64,000 bases of DNA from Parcubacteria group bacterium (GCA_002724975.1 PBQF01000039.1:1152-65151), one strand, 5' to 3'; positions 1 to 10,406 are shown, counted from the first letter of the stretch. A program made the numbers and translations. The notes: generated from the sequence alone by a model not told the origin.

Positions 1-836
1 TCAGCCAAACCAGGAGCCAGCTCTGGCTCTTTTTCAAAAACATCAATTGAGGCACCTTTTATCTTTCCAGATTTTAGTGCATCAACCAAAGCAAACTCAT
101 CTACAACTGGACCTCTGGAGGAATTAATTAAGTACGCACCTTTTTTCATCATAGCGAGGCGTTCTTTATTTATTAAATGTCTTGTTGATGGAAGAAGTGG
201 AACATGAATGGTCACGACATCTGCCTCTTTCAAAACTGCTTCTGGTGTATCATAAAATTTCGCACTTAAATCTTTTTCAAAATGTTCATTCTGTTTAATG
301 TCGTAGTAGATAATATTCATATCAAAACCCTTGTGAGCATGGTAACCAACACGATAACCAATTCGTCCCGCACCCAAAACCCCTAAGGTCTTCCCCTTCA
401 AATCAGTTCCTAAAAGTAATTCTGGTGCCCAGCCTTTGTATTTCCCTTCCCGCGTAAATTTATCTCCTTCGGTTACTCGCCTAGTAATAGAAAGCATTAA
501 AGCCATGGTGTGCTCAGCGACAGTGTTGGTCAAAACACCTGGTGTATTAGTAATTGTAACTCCTCTTTTCTTGGCTTCCTTTATGTCAATATTGTTATAG
601 CCAACTGCGTAATTGGCGAAAATTTTTGCACTCGGAGCTGCGTCAAAAATTTCCCCATTAATCTGATCTGTTAAAAGGCAAAGTACAGCGTCATACTCTT
701 TTTTCTTAAGCTCTGTTGTCAGCTCTTCTTTGGTAAGAACTCCGTCTTTGGCACTGACATCAACCTCGTGCCCTGCGTCTTGGAGCATTTTGATTCCAAC
801 TTCAGGGATTTTTCTTGTCACATAAACTTTTGACAT
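1..836 (-). CDS. D-glycerate dehydrogenase / glyoxylate reductase (D-2-hydroxyacid dehydrogenase family), 3' end outside window
   Basis: Not in ORF track. Manual translation from ATG at 836: MSKVYVTRKIPEVGIKML..., with AVGYNNID, TNTPGVLT, GVLGAGRIG and INSSRGPVVDE motifs. Confidence 0.85.
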   Translation of the reverse strand, partial: MSKVYVTRKIPEVGIKMLQDAGHEVDVSAKDGVLTKEELTTELKKKEYDAVLCLLTDQINGEIFDAAPSAKIFANYAVGYNNIDIKEAKKRGVTITNTPGVLTNTVAEHTMALMLSITRRVTEGDKFTREGKYKGWAPELLLGTDLKGKTLGVLGAGRIGYRVGYHAHKGFDMNIIYYDIKQNEHFEKDLSAKFYDTPEAVLKEADVVTIHVPLLPSTRHLINKERLAMMKKGAYLINSSRGPVVDEFALVDALKSGKIKGASIDVFEKEPELAPGLA

Positions 837-920
837 GAAATCATTATATCAAAAATAATTTCATAGAGTTTTCAAGGCTATTGATTTCCCTTAGCTTACT
901 GGTATAATCCCAGAGTAAAC

Positions 921-1139
921 ATGGCTCAAATATTGCCTATAATTCAGATAGCCCTTAGCGTCCTTTTGATTGCAGGGGTTCTCTTACAGCAGTCTGATGC
1001 TGGTCTTGGAAGCGCCTTTGGCGGAGGAGACGGTTCAGGACAGCACACTAGAAGAGGTATGGAAAAAAACATTTTCAATGCGACAATTATTATTGCTATT
1101 CTTTTTGCCGTTTCGGCATTTATCGCCCTTATAATATAG
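921..1139 (+). CDS. secG: Preprotein translocase subunit SecG
   Basis: Two TM helices, VLLQQSDAGLGSAFGG and TRRGMEK motifs. Confidence 0.9.
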   Translation: MAQILPIIQIALSVLLIAGVLLQQSDAGLGSAFGGGDGSGQHTRRGMEKNIFNATIIIAILFAVSAFIALII

Positions 1140-1245
1140 ATTGCCCAGCGTCATTTTCCTTTAATGGGAAAGTGCAGTCGGGCTTGTAATATAATCCACC
1201 TTGTTATACTCTTTACTTGTAAGGACTGGTCTCCAATAATCACAA

Positions 1246-3024
1246 ATGGAACTTCCCTGTACTCTTATTCAATCCGTGAACGACTTACGAAATAAACTTA
1301 AAAAGCGAATCAATATAAAATTTCTGGATAGACTTCAAGCTTCTATTCAGAATCTTAATTTCAAAGATAAAGTAACCTTTTACGCTTTCGCTGCCCTTTT
1401 AATTTTAAGTACTTTCCTCTTATTAATGGGAGCCAGTCGTGCCTTAACAGTTGAGATACCGAGAGAGGGTGGAAAAATTACCGAAGGAGTAATCGGCTCT
1501 CCTAGATTTATCAACCCCCTTCTGGCTATTTCGGACACCGACAGAGATTTAACCAGCTTAGTCTATTCAGGATTAATGAAGGCAACCGCTGAAGGGGCCT
1601 TGGTTAATAACTTAGCTGAGAGCGTTGAAATTTTAGATGGAGGCCTTAGATATATTTTTATAATAAAAGAGGATGCAGTATTCCATGATGGCGAATCGGT
1701 CGACGCTGATGATATTGTCTTCACAGTAGAAATGGCTAAAAACGATTTATTAAAGAGCCCCAGAAGAGCTTCATGGGAAGGAATCGACGTTGAGAAAATT
1801 GATAATAAGACCGTGATGTTTAGTCTAAATGAACCTTACTCACCATTTCTAGAAAATGCCACAATCGGCATATTACCATTCCATATCTGGGGTGAGTTAA
1901 AAGTAGAAGAAATAACATTCAGTGATTTTAATATTGAGCCAATTGGTTCTGGCCCATATGAAGTCAAAGATATTAAAAAGAATTCATCCGGCATTCCAGA
2001 ATCATATAAGCTCTCCGCCTTTGGTGAACATATTTTAGGAGAACCATTTATTCAGGAAATTGAATTGAAATTTTACGACAGCGAAGGAGAGCTGATAAGA
2101 GCCTTTAATAAGAGAAACGTGAATAATATCCATTCCATTTCTCCGGAATCAACAGCAAGCCTGAAAGGAAGGGGTACAACTATTATCACTTCTCCTCTCC
2201 CAAGAGTTTTTGGATTATTTTTCAACCAGAACCAAGCAACTGTCTTTACCAATATAGAAGCCCGTGCAGCACTCAATGCTGGTATTAATAAAGAAAGAAT
2301 CATTTCAGAAGTTTTAAACGAATTTGGAACATCGGTGGATGAGCCACTTCCCCCAGGAATCTCAATTAGAAGAAAAGTGAAAATAACAGAAGACAGTAAT
2401 TTGAATCCAACTGAAGAAGCAATAAATATATTAGAGAGAAATGGCTGGGCAAGAGGCAGTGACAATATTATGATTAAAAAAACGAAGAAAGAAGACTACA
2501 GATTAAGTTTTTCAATTTCAACTTCAAATGCACCAGAGTTGAAATCAGTCGCGAATATTCTAAAGGAAGAATGGGAGAAAATTGGAGCAGAAATTGAATT
2601 GAGATTTTTTGAAACCGGCCTTTTGAATCAAGAAGTTATAAGGCCAAGAGAATATGACTCACTTCTATTTGGAGAAATAGTCGGCAGAGATTTTGACCTC
2701 TTCGCTTTTTGGCACTCTTCACAACGAAACGACCCTGGTTTAAATATCGCCCTTTATACAAACATTACAGCTGATAGTTTGCTCGAAGGTATTAGAACAA
2801 CTTCAACTAGACGGGAGAAAGAAGATCTGTATATTGAATTTGAAAGAGAAATTGAAAACGATATTCCGGCAGTCTTTCTTTACTCGCCTGATTTTATATA
2901 TGCAACAAATAAAAAAATTAAAGGTCTTAGTGTTGGAATCGTTACAACCCCAGCAGAACGATTCTTACATGTGGATGAATGGTACTTAAAGACCGACAGA
3001 GTCTGGCCATTCTTCACAAATTAA
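1246..3024 (+). CDS. ABC peptide/oligopeptide substrate-binding protein (family 5)
   Basis: FHDG..VDADDIVFT and PIGSGPY motifs; N-terminal membrane anchor. Confidence 0.85.
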   Translation: MELPCTLIQSVNDLRNKLKKRINIKFLDRLQASIQNLNFKDKVTFYAFAALLILSTFLLLMGASRALTVEIPREGGKITEGVIGSPRFINPLLAISDTDRDLTSLVYSGLMKATAEGALVNNLAESVEILDGGLRYIFIIKEDAVFHDGESVDADDIVFTVEMAKNDLLKSPRRASWEGIDVEKIDNKTVMFSLNEPYSPFLENATIGILPFHIWGELKVEEITFSDFNIEPIGSGPYEVKDIKKNSSGIPESYKLSAFGEHILGEPFIQEIELKFYDSEGELIRAFNKRNVNNIHSISPESTASLKGRGTTIITSPLPRVFGLFFNQNQATVFTNIEARAALNAGINKERIISEVLNEFGTSVDEPLPPGISIRRKVKITEDSNLNPTEEAINILERNGWARGSDNIMIKKTKKEDYRLSFSISTSNAPELKSVANILKEEWEKIGAEIELRFFETGLLNQEVIRPREYDSLLFGEIVGRDFDLFAFWHSSQRNDPGLNIALYTNITADSLLEGIRTTSTRREKEDLYIEFEREIENDIPAVFLYSPDFIYATNKKIKGLSVGIVTTPAERFLHVDEWYLKTDRVWPFFTN

Positions 3025-3039
3025 CAGTTAATTATTAAT

Positions 3040-4866
3040 TTGAAAGTGAACAAAAAACAAAAAGTGGCTAGACGGCCTTCTTCTCCAAAAGGCTTTAGTC
3101 AAAACAAAGGAAAGAGAAGTATGCGAATGAAAAGGGGTCCAAAAAAAATCCCAAGGGTTAATATTAATACCGAAAAATTACATAAAATTCCAGATTTGAA
3201 AAAAGGTGATGTAAGAATTATTACCCTTGGTGGAGTCGAGGAAATCGGCAAAAATATGACCGCTGTTGAGTACGGCAATGACATCGTTATTATTGATTCT
3301 GGTTTTCAATTCAAAGAAGAGGACACTCCGGGTATAGACTTCATTCTGCCCAACACAAAATATCTTGAAGAAAGAAAGCACAAAATTAAAGCACTCTTGA
3401 TTACACATGGACACCTTGATCATATTGGAGCAATCCCTTATGTCATGGACAAAATTGGTAATCCTCCGATTTATACCAGAGAGTTCGGCACAATGATGAT
3501 TATGAAAAGACAGGAGGAATTCCCTACTTCACCAGCTCTTAATATAAAAATAGTTAAGGGTAAAGAGAAAATTAAATTCAGTGACCTCTCTGTTAGCTTC
3601 TTCGAGGTCGACCACTCCATTCCAGACTCCATGGGGATTATTGTAGAGACTCCTTATGGAGATATTATTAATACCGGCGATTTAAAGATTGACCACCACG
3701 ACGGCATTCCAAGTAAGAGAGAGGTTGATAAATACAAGCTTTTCAAAAACAGAAAGGTCTTGATGATGACACTTGATTCGACAAATATTGAAAGACGAGG
3801 CTGGTCTTTGCCAGAAGATATTGTTATAGAAAACGTTAAAAAGATAATTAAAGACGCCAGAGGTCGGTTGATTATTGGAGTCTTCTCATCACATATCGAC
3901 AGAATTATCTCCTTCATAAATTATGCAGAAAAATTAAATAAAAAAGTCGTTATTGAAGGGTTTAGTATGAAAAACAACATTGAGATTGTTAAAAAACTGG
4001 GACTAATAAAGACAAATAATATTATCCCAGTCGCAACTATGGAAGATTACCCGCCAGATAAAATCTTAATCCTTTCAACCGGAGCCCAAGGTGAGCAGTT
4101 TGCGGGGCTAATGAGAATGGCCAATAAAACACACAAGCATATCAAACTTAATAAAAATGACACGGTCTTGATGTCTTCGTCAATTATCCCCGGAAACGAA
4201 AGAGCTATTACCAAACTGAAAGACAATCTTTACAGGCATGACCCAAAGGTTATTACTTATCTTGATGCAGAAGTCCATGCATCCGGACATGCTTACAGGG
4301 AAGAAATCACATGGGTTCACAAACAAGTTGATTACAAATTCTTCATGCCAGTTCACGGATATCACTATATGCTGAAAATGCATGCGGAGTTGTCGGAATC
4401 GCTTGGCACCAGACCCGAAAATATTGTTGTTCCTGACAATGGCTCAGTTATCGAAATCACAGATAAGGGCACAAAAATAAATATCAGAAAGGAAAAAGCG
4501 GCATCAAACACTATTATGGTGGACGGCTTTTCTGTCGGCGGTACTCAAGAGATGGTCATCCGAGATAGAAAACTTTTGGCAGAGGATGGGATTGTTTTAG
4601 TTGTAGCTTCAATCGATCCTCGAACTGGATCTCTCCGAAAATCACCCGATATTATTGCCAGAGGATTCGTTTATGTGAAAGAGTCGCAGGATTTATTGGC
4701 TCAAACCCGACTTATCATTAAGAAGAGTGTGGAATCAAACACTAAAGGCATGAACCCTATAAACTTTGATTATATCAAAGACGCCCTAACCAATGATGTT
4801 CGAAAATTTCTATTTCAGAAGACAGCTAAGTCCCCAATGGTAATTCCTGTTATAATAGGGGTCTAA
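3040..4866 (+). CDS. rnj: Ribonuclease J
   Basis: LGGVEEIGKNM, THGHLDHIG and HASGH motifs. Confidence 0.95.
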   Translation: MKVNKKQKVARRPSSPKGFSQNKGKRSMRMKRGPKKIPRVNINTEKLHKIPDLKKGDVRIITLGGVEEIGKNMTAVEYGNDIVIIDSGFQFKEEDTPGIDFILPNTKYLEERKHKIKALLITHGHLDHIGAIPYVMDKIGNPPIYTREFGTMMIMKRQEEFPTSPALNIKIVKGKEKIKFSDLSVSFFEVDHSIPDSMGIIVETPYGDIINTGDLKIDHHDGIPSKREVDKYKLFKNRKVLMMTLDSTNIERRGWSLPEDIVIENVKKIIKDARGRLIIGVFSSHIDRIISFINYAEKLNKKVVIEGFSMKNNIEIVKKLGLIKTNNIIPVATMEDYPPDKILILSTGAQGEQFAGLMRMANKTHKHIKLNKNDTVLMSSSIIPGNERAITKLKDNLYRHDPKVITYLDAEVHASGHAYREEITWVHKQVDYKFFMPVHGYHYMLKMHAELSESLGTRPENIVVPDNGSVIEITDKGTKINIRKEKAASNTIMVDGFSVGGTQEMVIRDRKLLAEDGIVLVVASIDPRTGSLRKSPDIIARGFVYVKESQDLLAQTRLIIKKSVESNTKGMNPINFDYIKDALTNDVRKFLFQKTAKSPMVIPVIIGV

Positions 4867-6014
4867 TGAAACAGAAAATTACCGCACTTTATTTGGTGGC
4901 ATTCTTTCTGAGTCTTCATATTGCCCTGCCGGCTTATGTCAACTCAACTTTCTTAAGTAATTTCGTGGCCGAGAGATTTATTGGAATCATCTACACCATT
5001 GGTTCAATTTTGACAATTATCATCTTCGCCTTTGTTCCGCAAATCCTAACAAGATTTGGTAATTTCAAAGTAGCCGTTACTATTCTTGGAATTGAAACAC
5101 TGGCAGTAGTTTCTCTGGCTATAACCCAAAATCCAATTTTTATCATTATCGCTTTCATTGGAAGCATTAGCTTAATTAGGGTTGCGGCTTTTAATTCAGA
5201 TGTCTTCTTGGAAAGTTTGTCTACCGATAGCAAAACTGGAGGCATCAGAGGATTCTTTTTCTCATCCTCAAATGTTGCCTGGGTTGCTTCCCCTGTTTTG
5301 GCTGGATTTATTTTGGGTGACGACAATTACACCAGACTCTATGCCCTGACTGCCTTAGCTGCAATTCCAGTCATAATTATCTTCTTTAAAAAATTCAGTA
5401 ACTTTAAGGATCCTGCTTACGACCATTTTCCGTTTTGGAAAACCCTCAAGATAATGATGAACCGTGACGGCATTAGAAAAATATTTTTGTCAAATATTAT
5501 GCTACGGTTTTTCTATTCTTGGATGGTTATTTATACGCCGATTTACCTGCACGAACATATTGGTTTTAGCTGGGGTGAAATCGGTTTAATTTTCTCCATC
5601 ATGCTTGTGCCTTTTGTGGTTTTGGGAATCCCTCTTGGCAAAATTGCTGACAAATATATCGGAGAAAAAGAACTTTTGAGCTTAGGCTTCGTTATTGTCG
5701 CAGTTTCGACAGCTTATCTTTCATTTGTTGATAGTTCAAACTTTTTAGTCTGGGCACTGGTTCTCTTGGTTACCAGAATCGGAGCAAGTATGGTTGATAT
5801 TATGAGTGAGACATACTTCTTTAAAAAAATAGATGGCAGTGATTCCAACTTACTTGGATTTTTCAGAATGACTGGACCAATCGCCTTTATAATAGGCCCT
5901 CTTCTTGCAACACTTGTTCTGCCTTTCGTTGGTATAAAATATCTGTTCTTAGTCTTGGGAATTTTAATGCTTTGGGGACTTCGATACTCATTAACCCTTA
6001 AGGATACCCTTTAA
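4866..6014 (+). CDS. MFS transporter
   Basis: About 12 hydrophobic segments; GKIADKYIGEK MFS loop motif. Confidence 0.8.
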   Translation: MKQKITALYLVAFFLSLHIALPAYVNSTFLSNFVAERFIGIIYTIGSILTIIIFAFVPQILTRFGNFKVAVTILGIETLAVVSLAITQNPIFIIIAFIGSISLIRVAAFNSDVFLESLSTDSKTGGIRGFFFSSSNVAWVASPVLAGFILGDDNYTRLYALTALAAIPVIIIFFKKFSNFKDPAYDHFPFWKTLKIMMNRDGIRKIFLSNIMLRFFYSWMVIYTPIYLHEHIGFSWGEIGLIFSIMLVPFVVLGIPLGKIADKYIGEKELLSLGFVIVAVSTAYLSFVDSSNFLVWALVLLVTRIGASMVDIMSETYFFKKIDGSDSNLLGFFRMTGPIAFIIGPLLATLVLPFVGIKYLFLVLGILMLWGLRYSLTLKDTL

Positions 6015-6122
6015 ATCACCCTTCAATAACGGCGAGAACATCAATAGCAACCAAAATTCCAGTATTATTTTTGCTTCCACTACTGCTGTATAACTCTTCA
6101 TGCATGAGTAGATTTTAACAAC

Positions 6123-6152
6123 AAAACACCCCCTCCAAAAAGAAGGGGTGTT
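6123..6152. terminator. Hairpin between convergent genes, probable terminator
   Basis: AACACCCC...GGGGTGTT inverted repeat. Confidence 0.5.
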
Positions 6153-6172
6153 CGTAAAAACATTTCCTAAAA

Positions 6173-6394
6173 TTATCGGCTCTTTAGGTATACCAGCAAA
6201 GCAAAGACAAACGCTGCTATGTGGAACCATAGGTCTGAAGTCAGTCCTCCACTCCAATCTTCAATGATTATCAAGGCCGTACCCAAGGCATAAACTAAGG
6301 TAAAGTAGACATGGACGCTCTTGTGTCCTCCCCAGGCATACAAAAGCTGAATAAGCCATGCCACTGCCACCAAAGCTAAAGCTAAAGTCATCAT
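6173..6394 (-). CDS. Small membrane protein, hypothetical
   Basis: Three hydrophobic segments; probable start at ATG 6394 (MMTLALAL). Confidence 0.6.
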   Translation of the reverse strand: MMTLALALVAVAWLIQLLYAWGGHKSVHVYFTLVYALGTALIIIEDWSGGLTSDLWFHIAAFVFALLVYLKSR

Positions 6395-6532
6395 AATCTT
6401 CTTAGCATTAATATTAAAAAACCTTAAGGAATTGAGCTCCGACAAGCTCAAAACAAATAAATAAAAGGTTATTTAAATGATAGAACAAAATTAGACCACA
6501 ACTTAGAACACTTGTGGAAAAGTTTTTAAGGT

Positions 6533-6790
6533 TTAAACACCTAAAAGTTTGGCTAATTTGGGCTCATCGAAGCCAATAACAATATCTTGCTGCTCTCCTT
6601 CTGCACCATTACTGACTATGATTACTGGAACACCCATTTGACTAGTTTTTTCTATCATTTCTTTTCTTTTTTCCATATCAGTTGCCACATTGTAATCCGT
6701 AAATTCTATATTCTTTTCACCAAAATATTCTTTGGCTGCATGGCAGAAGTGACAGGCTGGTGTTGTGTAAATCTCCACTTTTTTAGACAT
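6533..6790 (-). CDS. Glutaredoxin / NrdH-like redoxin
   Basis: YTTPACHFC (CxxC), MGVPV and GFD motifs. Confidence 0.9.
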   Translation of the reverse strand: MSKKVEIYTTPACHFCHAAKEYFGEKNIEFTDYNVATDMEKRKEMIEKTSQMGVPVIIVSNGAEGEQQDIVIGFDEPKLAKLLGV

Positions 6791-6825
6791 ATTTTTTGTG
6801 TTTAATTAAAAAAATAATTTAAGTC

Positions 6826-7281
6826 TTAGGATTTTATCATTTCTCCATCATATGAATCAACCCCTTTTTTCAAAACATACATCCCTAATAAGAAAAGGAC
6901 AATGGAAGTCGCAGCAGAAACCATGCAATATACACAAAACTCTCCTATGACAAAAGCTTGAAGATAAATAAACCAAAAAGAAACAAGAAGCCCGATAGTC
7001 GTAAACTTCGCAACCTTTCTGATTAGAAGGGTGCTCCTGTTAATGTTATATAAGAGAGTTGCAAAAAATATAATTGCGTAGTAAATCAGTCCAAAGGCGG
7101 CTACTGGTATATTGAAAAGTTCCGAATATTCACTCTGGAGGACTATGTCACAATCTTGAATTAGAAAACATCCGGCTTCCCCTCCCTGTAGATGAGTAAG
7201 AGTTAAATAGCCAGCATTCAGCATGCCAATCAAAGAAAAAAGAAGTAAAGAATTTATAAGCCAATTTTTGGGTTTTTGCAT
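6826..7281 (-). CDS. Vitamin K epoxide reductase (VKOR) family protein
   Basis: C..C-V-S-YS loop, FCVYC active site, four TM segments. Confidence 0.9.
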   Translation of the reverse strand: MQKPKNWLINSLLLFSLIGMLNAGYLTLTHLQGGEAGCFLIQDCDIVLQSEYSELFNIPVAAFGLIYYAIIFFATLLYNINRSTLLIRKVAKFTTIGLLVSFWFIYLQAFVIGEFCVYCMVSAATSIVLFLLGMYVLKKGVDSYDGEMIKS

Positions 7282-7373
7282 TATTTACTAGAGGTCTTTA
7301 TCATGCCCCAGAGCCACGGATTAATACATCGGCCAGAACTATAATTAATAATATATGTCATTATACCAAATTG

Positions 7374-7444
7374 CTGCCGGACAGGGACTCGAACCCCGAT
7401 TTTTTGGACCAGAACCAAACGTCCTACCATTAGACGATCCGGCA
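7374..7444 (-). tRNA. tRNA-Gln(CTG)
   Basis: Cloverleaf TGCCGGA...TCCGGCA; anticodon arm TTTGG-TTCTGGT-CCAAA; GGTTCGAGTCC T-arm. Confidence 0.92.
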
Positions 7445-7483
7445 TTCGTAATTAAGATAACTCAAATTTTTAGAATTTAAAAG

Positions 7484-8419
7484 CTAGATTTTCAAGTACC
7501 TTCTAACAGCTAGATAACTTGAACCGCCCCCGAGAACAATCCCAGCAACAAGCATTATTAGAAAAATATGACCAAAGTTGTTTAGATAGTAGTCAAAAAT
7601 ACTAATTCCCCCAAAAAAGGTTTCGGTTGAAGGACCGAGCCAAAGAGTTAATGGGTAAAAGAGAATAAGAGCAATGAAGGCAGAAATAACCCCAGATAGG
7701 GCGCCCTCTACCACAAACGGCCCTCTGACATATTTGTTTTCTGCCCCCACTAGTTTCATTACGGAAATCTCGTCCCTTGCTGTAAAAACCGTCAAGCGAA
7801 CCGTGTTAAACGTCATAGCTATGGAAATAAATATAAATAGGAATACTAGGGCTAAAGAGAGTGTTTCAATTGAATCTATAATACTATTAAGGTGGTCAAT
7901 TGCTACTTTGTTTTGGTAATAGTTAACCCTATCGATAATTGCATTCCCGTCTCCGGAAGCTAAAGCATTCTGTGAATCCAAAAATTTGGCAATGCCTTCA
8001 TATTGAGAAGTCTCTTTGGCTTTAATATTTAAATTCGCGCCCAGCGGATTTTCATTAAGTTCATCAAGAGCCTGTAAAATAAGCTGGTCATCCTCGTGCC
8101 TTTCCCTAAAAACTGCAAGTGCTTTCTCACGGTTTACATATTCAACAAGGCCAACCTCCGGTAAAGCTTCAACTTGAGTTTTCAAGTCCAAGATTTCTGA
8201 TTCAGGAGCAGTAGTTAAAAAATAGACATTGATATCAACTTTATCCTTTAATTGAGTTAATGAAGTATCAAACATTGCCCCCAGAAAAATCAGGGCACCA
8301 ATGATAAAAAGGGAGAGAGCCATAACCAAAGTTGAAGCCAGCGAAACAAAAGCATTTCGCCAAAAGCCAACAAAACCTGAACGAAGTATTCTCTTTAAGT
8401 CAGTCCACATCATAAACAT
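7484..8419 (-). CDS. ftsX: Cell division permease FtsX
   Basis: NPL motif, EISVMKLVGA..YVRGPF..EG; follows ftsE. Confidence 0.9.
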   Translation of the reverse strand: MFMMWTDLKRILRSGFVGFWRNAFVSLASTLVMALSLFIIGALIFLGAMFDTSLTQLKDKVDINVYFLTTAPESEILDLKTQVEALPEVGLVEYVNREKALAVFRERHEDDQLILQALDELNENPLGANLNIKAKETSQYEGIAKFLDSQNALASGDGNAIIDRVNYYQNKVAIDHLNSIIDSIETLSLALVFLFIFISIAMTFNTVRLTVFTARDEISVMKLVGAENKYVRGPFVVEGALSGVISAFIALILFYPLTLWLGPSTETFFGGISIFDYYLNNFGHIFLIMLVAGIVLGGGSSYLAVRRYLKI

Positions 8420-8425
8420 ATTCTA

Positions 8426-9106
8426 CTACAAAGTGTATTTACCAGATTTATCATCCCTAACAACCTTACCCATATCTAAAGTAATAACTCTCCTGCCGAG
8501 TGAATCAACCACACCTTTGTTGTGAGTCGTCAGAATAACGGTCGTGCCGAGGTCATTAATTTTCTTCAGAATCTGAACAATTTCTTGTGTGTTTATAGGG
8601 TCTAAATTCCCAGTTGGCTCGTCAGCAATAACAACCTCCGGCTGATTTATAATCGCCCTTGCAATAGCTAAACGCTGTTTTTCTCCACCAGAGAGTTCGT
8701 GAGGGAAATTCCATGCTTTCTCGGTTAAATCTACAAGCTCAAGAACGTGTGGCACATCAGATTCAATTTCTTCATCACTCTTGCCAGCGACTTCCATGGC
8801 AAAGGCAATATTTTCATAAGCAGTCTTATTTGGTAAAAGCCGAAAATCCTGAAAGACAGTGCCAATTTTTCTTCGATGGTCATTTAATTCATTTTTACTT
8901 AAAGAGCAAACATCTGCCGAACTATAAAAGACTGCTCCATCTGTCGGCCTCTCTTCAGCTAAAAGCATTTTTAAAAGGGTGCTTTTCCCTGCTCCAGAAG
9001 CACCAACAATCGAGACAAATTCCTTTGGTAAAACGGTAAAGCTCACCTTGTCTAAGGCTACAGAATCGTCAGAGTAAATCTTTGAAACATTATCAAAGTG
9101 AATCAT
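8426..9106 (-). CDS. ftsE: Cell division ATP-binding protein FtsE
   Basis: GASGAGKST, VFQDFRLL, LSGGEKQR and ADEPTGNLD motifs. Confidence 0.92.
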   Translation of the reverse strand: MIHFDNVSKIYSDDSVALDKVSFTVLPKEFVSIVGASGAGKSTLLKMLLAEERPTDGAVFYSSADVCSLSKNELNDHRRKIGTVFQDFRLLPNKTAYENIAFAMEVAGKSDEEIESDVPHVLELVDLTEKAWNFPHELSGGEKQRLAIARAIINQPEVVIADEPTGNLDPINTQEIVQILKKINDLGTTVILTTHNKGVVDSLGRRVITLDMGKVVRDDKSGKYTL

Positions 9107-9108
9107 TA

Positions 9109-9978
9109 TTAGAGATTTTTTTCTGCTTTAATAAATTCTTCCAACCCACCATCTAAAACACCCTCAACGTCCCTGACTTCCACTTCTGTTCTGTGGTCCT
9201 TAATCATTTTATATGGATGAAGAACATAGGAGCGAATCTGGTTTCCCCATTCAACCTCGGTAGTTTTTGAAACATAAAGTCCATGCTCTTTCTTCTTCTT
9301 ACGCTCTTCCTCAATATGATATATCTTCCCTTCAAGAATTTCCAGCGCTTTTTCCTTATTTTGCTCTTGACTTCTTTCACTTTCTACATGTACAGAAAGC
9401 TTAGTTGGTTTGTGCACAATTCTGACAGCCGTTTCTCTCTTATTTACATTTTGTCCCCCCGGCCCTGATGATCGGGCAAAAGAAATATCTAAATCATCCT
9501 CTGAAATGTCCATCTCCTTTACACTTTCGAATTTGGGAATCACTTCAACCATTGAAAATGAAGTGTGCCTCTGACTCTTGGCGTTAAACGGGGAAATTCT
9601 GACAAGCCGATGAACTCCTGATTCATTTTTTAGGGTTCCGTAGACATTCTTCCCTTGAATTTCAAATGTAAGATTCCTGTATCCTCCATGATTATTTTCG
9701 TTCCGGTGAAGAATATTAATAATCCAACCCTTGTCTTCTATATATTTCTGATACATTTTGAAAAGCATTGCCGAAAAATCTTCGGCATCGTCGCCGCCCG
9801 CTCCGGAGAAAATTGTCATGACTGCTCCCCCTTTGTCATATTTCCCAATACCTTCAAGCTGGTCCTTTAATTCCTGAAGTTCTTTTATTTTTGCCTGCGC
9901 CACATTTTTATCATTCCAGAAATCAGAAGATTGTATCTCTTTTTCCAGACTTTCAATTTTTGATTTTATATCATCCAT
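9109..9978 (-). CDS. prfB: Peptide chain release factor 2, short N-terminal domain
   Basis: SPF and GGQ motifs, WGNQIRSY. True start is ATG 9978; the ORF-track extension runs through two tRNA genes. Confidence 0.92.
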   Translation of the reverse strand: MDDIKSKIESLEKEIQSSDFWNDKNVAQAKIKELQELKDQLEGIGKYDKGGAVMTIFSGAGGDDAEDFSAMLFKMYQKYIEDKGWIINILHRNENNHGGYRNLTFEIQGKNVYGTLKNESGVHRLVRISPFNAKSQRHTSFSMVEVIPKFESVKEMDISEDDLDISFARSSGPGGQNVNKRETAVRIVHKPTKLSVHVESERSQEQNKEKALEILEGKIYHIEEERKKKKEHGLYVSKTTEVEWGNQIRSYVLHPYKMIKDHRTEVEVRDVEGVLDGGLEEFIKAEKNL

Positions 9979-9989
9979 AATGCTTGATG

Positions 9990-10062
9990 AGCCGAAGGCG
10001 AGGATTGAACTCGCGACCTCACCATTACGAGTGGTGCGCTCTACCAACTGAGCTACTTCGGC
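9990..10062 (-). tRNA. tRNA-Thr(CGT)
   Basis: GCCGAAG acceptor stem; anticodon arm CACCA-CTCGTAA-TGGTG. Confidence 0.92.
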
Positions 10063-10071
10063 TTTCAAGGG

Positions 10072-10145
10072 AGCTCGGGGGCGGAATCGAACCGCCGGCC
10101 TCACCCTTACCATGGGTGCGCTCTAACCGACTGAGCTACCCGAGC
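10072..10145 (-). tRNA. tRNA-Thr(GGT)
   Basis: GCTCGGG acceptor stem; anticodon arm CACCC-ATGGTAA-GGGTG. Confidence 0.92.
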
Positions 10146-10241
10146 AACAAGTTAAAGAATACAGAAAAGTAGCCCAAAAACAAAGACTGGGGAGTTTCCA
10201 TTTTCGTATTATTACTATGCGCGCTTTCGTGGATGTTGTTG

Positions 10242-10313
10242 GAACTGAGATTATTAAGTCCTTTCATTAAAATTAAAGAACTGAGATTATTAAGTCCTTT
10301 CATTAAAATTAAA
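10242..10313. repeat. Perfect 36-bp tandem duplication
   Basis: GAACTGAGATTATTAAGTCCTTTCATTAAAATTAAA at 10242-10277 and 10278-10313. Confidence 0.95.
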
Positions 10314-10340
10314 AAAGGGGCTACATCGCTGTAGCCCCTC
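10311..10340 (-). terminator. Intrinsic terminator, cassette A
   Basis: Minus strand AGGGGCTACA-GCGA-TGTAGCCCCT followed by a T run. Confidence 0.85.
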
Positions 10341-10406
10341 GGGTCGAACGACTGGATTCTTGTTCTCCGTCCGGCAGTTAAGCGGGACGAAATTACTCCA
10401 GATCGT

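Noticed and set aside
1143-1183. Hairpin after secG as SRP RNA or another ncRNA
   Set aside because: Lacks the SRP helix-8 motif and is too short; probably a terminator-like or processing hairpin.
9979-10113. N-terminal extension of RF2 in the ORF track
   Set aside because: Overlaps two tRNA-Thr genes.
10242-10313. 36-bp repeat as a CRISPR array
   Set aside because: Only two abutting copies, no spacer, no cas genes in the window.
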